From Balanoglossus misakiensis (taxonomy: Eukaryota > Animalia > Hemichordata), in assembly GCA_040954595.2 (NCBI GenBank), contig CM082596.2, positions 7,206,368-7,270,367 of the forward strand: a stretch of 64,000 nucleotides of DNA. The letters run 5' to 3'. A model generated the notes under the pieces. The model was given only the letters and a program-made list of their open reading frames with translations. It was not told the DNA's origin and did not search any database. Each line of letters begins with the position of its first letter. The first letter of the stretch is position 1. The translations under genes were made by a program, and so were the position numbers. Below are positions 51,001 through 61,400 of the stretch, piece after piece.

Positions 51001-52742
51001 GTTCAGCTTCTGCAGTGTGCCCCCTCGTCCAATTTTCTAACACATAAAGTCAGCAGTGTAAGTAAACTATATATGTTACTAAAACTACAGCTAAGTTCTC
51101 ACTTCAGACATTGGTGGTCTTTCATACATTTGGGAGATTCCTTAGCTTATGTCCACGTTTGGAGGAGTCGCTCTCAACCGTTGAAGTGATTGGATATAGG
51201 TCAAAAGGCAGTTATCACTAAAATACTGGTCATTAAAATGTTTTGTAAAAAAAATTTAAACCCGCTGTTTAGCATCTGATGAATGCAATTTTCTGTGTGT
51301 CATGCAAATGCTGTGAAATTGACAGAAACAGTTATCCCAGGATATCATTCAATTAGTTTTAGATGTTAATCAAAGCACAAGTGTCACTTAAATTCCTATT
51401 TTCTGTCATACAAAATAAACACATCAGTGGATTGTATGTACTAAATACTGTAAAACACTTTATTTTCGCGAGTTGAAATTTTCGCGATATCGAGAGAGGC
51501 CACTGTTTCGCGAGTATTAATTTTCGCGTTCTCTTATTTCCTTCTCTGCATCGTTATCTTCAAAAAAATTTATGTGACTTTTTATTTTCACGCTATTTTG
51601 GCTCTCGCGTATTTCGTGTAAATTTATTGCTCGCGAAACTTGCGTGTTTCGCATAAATTTATTGCTCGCGAAATTAAAGTGTTTTACAGTATTATAGCAC
51701 TATTTCCAAGACATAAGAAGTAAGTAGGAACGTGACTTGAGAAAATGTTCTCTCCTTTCAGCTGCCTCATGACCTCCAGTACCGAGTGCACAAGGTCATG
51801 GCGGAGGAGTTCAACGCCCAGAAGGAGATCGACGAGGAAACGCAGCTGTACTCGCCGAACGATGAGCAGAACCCGAACCTGGCCGGTCGCATCTACGACC
51901 GAGTGTCCACGGCCGTCATCACGAAAGCCATGCGGATGCGCGAGGAGGAGGAGAACCGGGAGCAGGAGATGACGCCCGTGAAGACGTACGACACGAAGGA
52001 GAGAGGCACGCAGACGATACAGCCGTTCCAAGGGTCCCTCTCGGCGAAGACTAAAAAGAACATCGCCAACGGGTTCAGGGATGAAGGGACGCAGATCGAG
52101 CTCGGGAGAGAGAGTTTGGAGAATCTCACAGGCGGGAAGGATTCGGATAAAACCGATTCCAGTGAAGCGTTAGTTCCCAACTTAATGGACGTCGAAACGG
52201 CGGATCTTATCGATTTTTCTCAGCCGCCACCGGTCAGTATTAGTGAGGAAAGCAACGGGGGTGACCAGCCGGCCAAGACTGCGGGCGGCGATCCGTTCGA
52301 CGACGCGGGGAGTTCCGCGATGCTGTCGTCCGACGGCTCGACCGGCGGTTCCTCGCGGAGGTCCAGCTGCGACAGCTACGGCGACGCCGACCACGTGAAC
52401 TCGCGGTCCAAGTCGCAGCAGCAGGAGGAGCACCGCAAGACCGGCAATAACGCGTCGCTGCAGCGCAAGGGCAGCAGCCACAGCAGTCGGGAGATCGAGT
52501 ACGGACCCGATTTGAAGCAGCTCGCCGCCCCTCCTGCCAACACGACCCACCCGCAGCAGTTCAAATTCCCCGCCAAGCGCGGCGTCGGCGCCAGCCAACA
52601 ATTCGGGAAAAACCGCGGCCCGGTAAAACCCGGCATGAAGGCATCGCATAACTACGGACACGTGGGACGACCCCATCCTCCCAAAACAACTCCGCCCCAG
52701 TCGCCGGCAAACCCCTCGGAAATAACGCACACCGATGTTTAA
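48037..52742 (+). CDS. BEGAIN: BEGAIN/TJAP1 (Pilt) family coiled-coil protein, 6 coding exons, about 484 aa
   Basis: Exons 48037-48078 (start exon less certain), 49130-49299, 49638-49704, 49857-49964, 50971-51057, 51762-52742; total 1455 nt, in frame. Peptides LQRTNQELEDK, FEKEKQFLGKEMMTLTSRL, KKDCELAVQLLQC and HKVSSLPHDLQYRV parallel recalled human BEGAIN LQRINQELEDK, DCNLAAQLLQC and HKVSELPSDFQERV. Probably co-orthologous to BEGAIN and TJAP1. Confidence 0.85.
48314..48493. mobile_element. Tc1/mariner-pogo (Tigger-like) MITE
   Basis: TA|CAGTAAAACTCCAATTATC ... GATAATTGGAGTTTTACTG|TA with repeated TATCCGAA motifs. Confidence 0.8.
51446..51691. mobile_element. TA-flanked MITE copy 2, with an internal ~33-bp tandem duplication
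   Basis: TA|CTGTAAAACACTTT ... AAAGTGTTTTACAG|TA; TAAATTTATTGCTCGCGAAA occurs twice. Confidence 0.8.
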
Positions 52743-54580
52743 CGACACGACCACATATCAACAGAATCGTGATGCAAGCTATAAGAACAATTTGTAAATT
52801 TTCCAACGTCAAGCAATTTTCTACTTTCGTATTCAGCAATTCTTGGAATTGAACAATTTTCGTTGTCTAAAATATTTGAAAATAATCTCTACAAGAGCTG
52901 TGGGTTGTGTCGTATGTGATTTTGAAGTCTCGGATTTACAATTCATGAAACTGGCATTTTCAGAGATATTTGTCTGCTGTAAATTTGCTTATAGATCTCT
53001 TCATTTTCTTTAGATTATGCATGGCTTTCATAGTATACTTCCTCAAACAATATTTTTTTTAGAATTTAGATAAAAATAGAATGAATTGTCTCCTGTCAAT
53101 AGGGGGACATATATGTATTTTTCATCTCAGGAAATATTTTTAGAATGCGGTACATATCATGTGGCATATTACTTGCTAGATGTCATTGTGCAGCTTATAA
53201 GTGATTCAGAAATTTACATCACTCGCCATTAGTCGTAGAAATGTTCGTTTTTTGTTTATCCATACTGAATGTTGTAAGGGAACAGTATTAACATAAGCTC
53301 ATCTGTTTGTCTTGTGGTAGAGACTAAGAAGCAGCCATTTTTAATTCGGGAAGAATACAGAAGTTGGTCGTTTGCTTCTGTTTTATATTGTTTTGTTTAA
53401 AAGACACAATAATTGTAACTTATGCATTTTCCCAATATTTTGGATTCTATAATTAATGTCTATTTCAGTTTCTTGTTCTCTTCCTCACAGAATGCTGTAT
53501 TCTGCAACCATGGCTGTTCCAAATTGAAGTATGTAACATACAAAACAGACACAAAGAGTTGAAAATAAACCATTCCATTAAAAAACATGCAAATGTTAAG
53601 TGTTTTTTTTTTAATCTGGTAATCATCAAACAAAAGTTCAAAACTGTTGGTGAAGTTGGTCCTTTTTTTCTGTACTTTTATTTGCATGCATTAAAAGCAC
53701 TTTCTGTTTTTGTTATTCCATCAAATCCCTGATTGTCTGTCTCCTGCTTATTCGAATCATTACTTTGCTATTTCCTTTTGGCAGGCCATGAATGGTCAGT
53801 CTGTCCAGGCAAAATTTGTTTATCAATAGAAGCACTACTGATTATGCGTAATGTCCAAAGCCAGTCCTTTCTGGAGTGGTGGTTGCAGTCACATTTTCCA
53901 TGTCCCAATTTTTTCTGACTTTCCCAGTGAAAAACTCATTTTTACCTTCCCAATTTTCCACACATGTATTTGCTGTTTGCTGAGGATGTCACCACAATTT
54001 AGTTGAGGTAAGTCATGGCTCTGTTTTTTCTCTGTAAACAGAATAATGTCTGGCAGAAGTTTTCTGGAAACATTTTTTGCAAGTACTTGCACATGGAAGG
54101 GGGGGGGGGGGGCTTTCACTCAGGCTGTAGTGTTATTTTGCATCAATGGCTAAACCCCTTGTCCAACTTTGTCATCAAGTTCAAACCTTGCTTGTTTGTA
54201 TTTCTAAATTCCCAAATGCAACTTGTGAGAATTTATTTCTGTCATTTTGGAGGTGTTTTTTGTTGGTCTGAAAGTTTCTGTACTGGTACATGGGGGCGCT
54301 TTCACTCAAGCATGGAGGTATACTGTAGTCATTCACAACAATTTTTTCAAGTGTCCCTCTTTCAAGTGTCCCTCTTCCCTTGTATTTTAGAAAAACTATT
54401 TATTTACCCTATACTTACCCTTACTAATACTTACTCTTATACTTACTTTCAGGTCATCCGGACTTAGACATCAGCTGGACAAACTGGCATCCAACGACAG
54501 CTCCTATAGAAAGACCTAAAACAACAAGTGAATACAAGTTGAATTTCAATACTCTGGTTTTGTCATGATTTTATAGATGA

Positions 54581-54605
54581 AATAAAACTGTATAAATAAA
54601 ATAAA
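54581..54605 (+). terminator. Clustered AATAAA signals, probable 3' end of the BEGAIN-like mRNA
   Basis: AATAAA at 54581, 54595 and 54600, followed by U-rich sequence. Confidence 0.5.
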
Positions 54606-54668
54606 TCACTTTCTTTAGTTTCATATTTTGAGTGAATATAAGTAGTCAAATTTTAATTTTTTTAGGTT

Positions 54669-54870
54669 TTACTCTACACTTGTATTAAAAAAACTTAGAC
54701 AATTTTTCGGGACTTACTCTAAACTGGCATTAAAAAAAACTTAGAATATTTTTCGGGACTTACTCTATACTGGCATTAAAAAAACTTAGAATATTTTTCG
54801 GGACTTTATACTGGCATTAAATAAAATAATTTTTCGGGACTTACTCTACACTGGCATTAAAAAAACTTAG
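54669..54870. repeat. ~46-bp tandem minisatellite (about 4.7 copies) abutting the satellite
   Basis: Unit approximately TTACTCTACACTGGCATTAAAAAAACTTAGAATATTTTTCGGGAC. Confidence 0.9.
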
Positions 54871-55430
54871 CTATAACCCATGGTTTTTATCAAAAAATGA
54901 CCAAATTTTGAAATTTCGCGGAGTCGAAAAATTGACATTTCTGGATGATTTTCATGAGCTATAACCCATGGTTTTTATCAAAAAATGACCAAATTTTGAA
55001 ATTTCGCGGAGTCGAAAAATTGACATTTCTGGATGATTTTCATGAGCTATAACCCATGGTTTTTATCAAAAAATAACCAAATTTTGAAATTTCCCGAAGT
55101 CGAAAAATTGACATTTCTGGATGATTTTCATGAGCTATAACCCATGGTTTTTATCAAAAAATGACCAAATTTTGAAATTTCCCGAAGTCGAAAAATTGAC
55201 ATTTCTGGATGATTTTCATGAGCTATAACCCATGGTTTTTATCAAAAAATGACCAAATTTTGAAATTTCGCGAAGTCGAAAAATTGACATTTCTGGATGA
55301 TTTTCATGAGCTATAACCCATGGTTTTTATCAAAAAATGACCAAATTTTGAAATTTCCCGAAGTCGAAAAATTTACATTTCTGGATGATTTTCATGAGCT
55401 ATAACCCATGGTTTTTATCAAAAATGACCA
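54871..55430 (-). repeat. 88-bp satellite, subfamily B, inverted orientation (about 6.4 units)
   Basis: Unit CTATAACCCATGGTTTTTATCAAAAAATGACCAAATTTTGAAATTTC(G/C)CG(G/A)AGTCGAAAAATTGACATTTCTGGATGATTTTCATGAG is the reverse complement of the main unit with about 6 fixed differences. Confidence 0.95.
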
Positions 55431-55431
55431 A

Positions 55432-58400
55432 AAAAACCATGGGTTATAGCCCATGAAAATCGTCCAGAAACCTCAATTTTTCGACTTCGCGAATTTTCAA
55501 AATCTGGTCATTTTTTGATAAAAACCATGGGTTATAGCCCATGAAAATCGTCCAGAAACCTCAATTTTTCGACTTCGCGAATTTTCAAAATCTGGTCATT
55601 TTTTGATAAAAACCATGGGTTATAGCCCATGAAAATCGACCAGAAACCTTAATTTTTCGACTTCGCGAATTTTCAAAATCTGGTCATTTTTTGATAAAAA
55701 CCATGGGTTATAGCCCATGAAAATCGTCCAGAAACCTCAATTTTTCGACTTCGCGAATTTTCAAAATCTGGTCATTTTTTGATAAAAACCATGGGTTATA
55801 GCCCATGAAAATCGACCAGAAACCTTAATTTTTCGACTTCGCGAATTTTCAAAATCTGGTCATTTTTTGATAAAAACCATGGGTTGTAGCCCATGAAAAT
55901 CGTCCAGAAACCTCAATTATTCGACTTCGCGAATTTTCAAAATCTGGTCATTTTTTGATAAAAACCATGGGTTATAGCCCATGAAAATCGTCCAGAAACC
56001 TCAATTTTTCGACTTCGCGAATTTTCAAAATCTGGTCATTTTTTGATAAAAACCATGGGTTATAGCCCATGAAAATCGTCCAGAAACCTCAATTTTTCGA
56101 CTTCGCGAATTTTCAAAATCTGGTCATTTTTTGATAAAAACCATGGGTTATAGCCCATGAAAATCGTCCAGAAACCTCAATTTTTCGACTTCGCGAATTT
56201 TCAAAATCTGGTCATTTTTTGATAAAAACCATGGGTTATAGCCCATGAAAATCGACCAGAAACCTTAATTTTTCGACTTCGCGAATTTTCAAAATCTGGT
56301 CATTTTTTGATAAAAACCATGGGTTATAGCCCATGAAAATCGTCCAGAAACCTCAATTATTCGACTTCGCGAATTTTCAAAATCTGGTCATTTTTTGATA
56401 AAAACCATGGGTTATAGCCCATGAAAATCGTCCAGAAACCTCAATTTTTCGACTTCGCGAATTTTCAAAATCTGGTCATTTTTTGATAAAAACCATGGGT
56501 TATAGCCCATGAAAATCGTCCAGAAACCTCAATTTTTCGACTTCGCGAATTTTCAAAATCTGGTCATTTTTTGATAAAAACCATGGGTTATAGCCCATGA
56601 AAATCGACCAGAAACCTCAATTTTTCGACTTCGCGAATTTTCAAAATCTGGTCATTTTTTGATAAAAACCATGGGTTATAGCCCATGAAAATCGACCAGA
56701 AACCTCAATTTTTCGACTTCGCGAATTTTCAAAATCTGGTCATTTTTTGATAAAAACCATGGGTTATAGCCCATGAAAATCGACCAGAAACCTCAATTTT
56801 TCGACTTCGCGAATTTTCAAAATCTGGTCATTTTTTGATAAAAACCATGGGTTATAGCCCATGAAAATCGACCAGAAACCTCAATTTTTCGACTTCGCGA
56901 ATTTTCAAAATCTGGTCATTTTTTGATAAAAACCATGGGTTATAGCCCATGAAAATCGTCCAGAAACCTCAATTTTTCGACTTCGCGAATTTTCAAAATC
57001 TGGTGATTTTTTGATAAAAACCATGGGTTATAGCCCATGAAAATCGTCCAGAAACCTCAATTTTTCGACTTCGCGAATTTTCAAAATCTGGTCATTTTTT
57101 GATAAAAACCATGGGTTATAGCCCATGAAAATCGTCCAGAAACCTCAATTTTTCGACTTCGCGAATTTTCAAAATCTGGTCATTTTTTGATAAAAACCAT
57201 GGGTTATAGCCCATGAAAATCGTCCAGAAACCTCAATTTTTCGACTTCGCGAATTTTCAAAATCTGGTCATTTTTTGATAAAAACCATGGGTTATAGCCC
57301 ATGAAAATAGACCAGAAACCTCAATTTTTCGACTTCGCGAATTTTCAAAATCTGGTCATTTTTTGATAAAAACCATGGGTTATAGCCCATGAAAATCGTC
57401 CAGAAACCTCAATTTTTCGACTTCGCGAATTTTCAAAATCTGGTCATTTTTTGATAAAAACCATGGGTTATAGCCCATGAAAATCGTCCAGAAACCTCAA
57501 TTTTTCGACTTCGCGAATTTTCAAAATCTGGTCATTTTTTGATAAAAACCATGGGTTATAGCCCATGAAAATCGTCCAGAAACCTCAATTTTTCGACTTC
57601 GCGAATTTTCAAAATCTGGTCATTTTTGATAAAAACCATGGGTTATAGCCCATGAAAATCGACCAGAAACCTCAATTTTTCGACTTCGCGAATTTTCAAA
57701 ATCTGGTCATTTTTTGATAAAAACCATGGGTTATAGCCCATGAAAATCGTCCAGAAACCTCAATTTTTCGACTTCGCGAATTTTCAAAATCTGGTCATTT
57801 TTTGATAAAAACCATGGGTTATAGCCCATGAAAATCGTCCAGAAACCTCAATTTTTCGACTTCGCGAATTTTCAAAATCTGGTCATTTTTTGATAAAAAC
57901 CATGGGTTATAGCCCATGAAATTCGTCCAGAAACCTCAATTTTTCGACTTCGCGAATTTTCAAAATCTGGTCATTTTTTGATAAATACCATGGGTTATAG
58001 CCCATGAAAATCGTCCAGAAACCTCAATTTTTCGACTTCGCGAATTTTCAAAATCTGGTCATTTTTTGATAAATACCATGGGTTATAGCCCATGAAAATC
58101 GTCCAGAAACCTCAATTTTTCGACTTCGCGAATTTTCAAAATCTGGTCATTTTTTGATAAAAACCATGGGTTATAGCCCATGAAAATCGTCCAGAAACCT
58201 CAATTTTTCGACTTCGCGAATTTTCAAAATCTGGTCATTTTTTGATAAAAACCATGGATTATAGCCCATGAAAATCGTCCAGAAACCTCAATTTTTCGAC
58301 TTCGCGAATTTTCAAAATCTGGTCATTTTTTGATAAAAACCATGGGTTATAGCCCATGAAAATAGACCAGAAACCTCAATTTTTCGACTTCGCGAATTTT

Positions 58401-61400
58401 CAAAATCTGGTCATTTTTTGATAAAAACCATGGGTTATAGCCCATGAAAATCGTCCAGAAACCTAAATTTTTCGACTTCGCGAATTTTCAAAATCTGGTC
58501 ATTTTTTGATAAAAACCATGGGTTATAGCCCATGAAAATCGTCCAGAAACCTCAATTTTTCGACTTCGCGAATTTTCAAAATCTGGTCATTTTTTGATAA
58601 AAACCATGGGTTATAGCCCATGAAAATCGTCCAGAAACCTCAATTTTTCGACTTCGCGAATTTTCAAAATCTGGTCATTTTTTGATAAAAACCATGGGTT
58701 ATAGCCCATGAAAATCGTCTAGAAACCTCAATTTTTCGACTTCGCGAATTTTCAAAATCTGGTCATTTTTTGATAAAAACCATGGGTTATAGCCCATGAA
58801 AATCGTCCAGAAACCTCAATTTTTCGACTTCGCGAATTTTCAAAATCTGGTCATTTTTTGATAAAAACCATAGGTTATAGCCCATGAAAATCGTCCAGAA
58901 ACCTCAATTTTTCGACTTCGCGAATTTTCAAAATCTGGTCATTTTTTGATAAATACCATGGGTTATAGCCCATGAAAATCGTCCAGAAACCTCAATTTTT
59001 CGACTTCGCGAATTTTCAAAATCTGGTCATTTTTTGATAAAAACCATGGGTTATAGCCCATGAAAATCGTCCAGAAACCTCAATTTTTCGACTTCGCGAA
59101 TTTTCAAAATCTGGTCATTTTTTGATAAAAACCATGGATTATAGCCCATGAAAATCGTCCAGAAACCTCAATTTTTCGACTTCGCGAATTTTCAAAATCT
59201 GGTCATTTTTTGATAAAAACCATGGGTTATAGCCCATGAAAATAGACCAGAAACCTCAATTTTTCGACTTCGCGAATTTTCAAAATCTGGTCATTTTTTG
59301 ATAAAAACCATGGGTTATAGCCCATGAAAATCGTCCAGAAACCTCAATTTTTCGACTTCGCGAATTTTCAAAATCTGGTCATTTTTTGATAAAAACCATG
59401 GGTTATAGCCCATGAAAATCGTCCAGAAACCTCAATTTTTCGACTTCGCGAATTTTCAAAATCTGGTCATTTTTTGATAAAAACCATGGGTTATAGCCCA
59501 TGAAAATCGTCCAGAAACCTCAATTTTTCGACTTCGCGAATTTTCAAAATCTGGTCATTTTTTGATAAAAACCATGGGTTATAGCCCATGAAAATAGACC
59601 AGAAACCTCAATTTTTCGACTTCGCGAATTTTCAAAATCTGGTCATTTTTTGATAAAAACCATGGGTTATAGCCCATGAAAATCGTCCAGAAACCTCAAT
59701 TTTTCGACTTCGCGAATTTTCAAAATCTGGTCATTTTTTGATAAAAACCATGGGTTATAGCCCATGAAAATCGTCTAGAAACCTCAATTTTTCGACTTCG
59801 CGAATTTTCAAAATCTGGTCATTTTTTGATAAAAACCATGGGTTATAGCCCATGAAAATCGTCCAGAAACCTCAATTTTTCGACTTCGCGAATTTTCAAA
59901 ATCTGGTCATTTTTTGATAAAAACCATGGGTTATAGCCCATGAAAATCGTCCAGAAACCTCAATTTTTCGACTTCGCGAATTTTCAAAATCTGGTCATTT
60001 TTTGATAAAAACCATGGGTTATAGCCCATGAAAATCGACCAGAAACCTCAATTTTTCGACTTCGCGAATTTTCAAAATTTGGTCATTTTTTGATAAAAAC
60101 CATGGGTTATAGCCCATGAAAATCGACCAGAAACCTCAATTTTTCGACTTCGCGAATTTTCAAAATCTGGTCATTTTTTGATAAAAACCATGGGTTATAG
60201 CCCATGAAAATCGTCCAGAAACCTCAATTTTTCGACTTCGCGAATTTTCAAAATCTGGTCATTTTTTGATAAAAACCATGGGTTATAGCCCATGAAAATC
60301 GTCCAGAAACCTCAATTTTTCGACTTCGCGAATTTTCAAAATCTGGTCATTTTTTGATAAAAACCATGGGTTATAGCCCATGAAAATAGACCAGAAACCT
60401 CAATTTTTCGACTTCGCGAATTTTCAAAATCTGGTCATTTTTTGATAAAAACCATGGGTTATAGCCCATGAAAATCGTCCAGAAACCTCAATTTTTCGAC
60501 TCCGCGAATTTTCAAAATCTGGTCATTTTTTGATAAAAACCATGGGTTATAGCCCATGAAAATCGTCCAGAAACCTCAATTTTTCGACTTCGCGAATTTT
60601 CAAAATCTGGTCATTTTTTGATAAAAACCATGGGTTATAGCCCATGAAAATCGTCCAGAAACCTCAATTTTTCGACTTCGCGAATTTTCAAAATCTGGTC
60701 ATTTTTTGATAAAAACCATGGGTTATAGCCCTTGAAAATCGTCCAGAAACCTCAATTTTTTACGACTTCGCGAATTTTCAAAATCTGGTCATTTTGTGAT
60801 AAAAACCATGGGTTATAGCCCATGAAAATCGACCAGAAACCTCAATTTTTCGACTTCGCGAATTTTCAAAATCTAGTCATTTTTTGATTAAAACCATGGG
60901 TTATAGCCCATGAAAATCGTCCAGAAACCTCAATTTTTCGACTTCGCGAATTTTGAAAATCTGGTCATTTTTTGATAAAAACCATGGGTTATAGCCCATG
61001 AAAATCGTCCAGAAACCTCAATTTTTCGACTTCGCGAATTTTCAAAATCTGGTCATTTTTTGATAAAAACCATGGGTTATAGCCCATGAAAATCGTCCAG
61101 AAACCTCAATTTTTCGACTTCGCGAATTTTCAAAATCTGGTCATTTTTTGATAAAAACCATGGGTTATAGCCCATGAAAATCGTCCAGAAACCTCAATTT
61201 TTCGACTCCGCGAATTTTCAAAATCTGGTCATTTTTTGATAAAAACCATGGGTTATAGCCCATGAAAATCGTCCAGAAACCTCAATTTTTCGACTCCGCG
61301 AATTTTCAAAATCTGGTCATTTTTTGATTAAAACCATGGGTTATAGCCCATGAAAATCGTCCAGAAACCTCAATTTTTCGACTTCGCGAATTTTCAAAAT

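Noticed and set aside
51684-52839. Several antisense or alternative-frame ORFs over GC-rich exons (also 41563-43210 and 14007-15092)
   Set aside because: Shadow ORFs caused by high GC3 in the real coding frame.
55432-55520. CENP-B box in the satellite (TTCG cores)
   Set aside because: TTCG is present but the required downstream A..CGGG positions are not.
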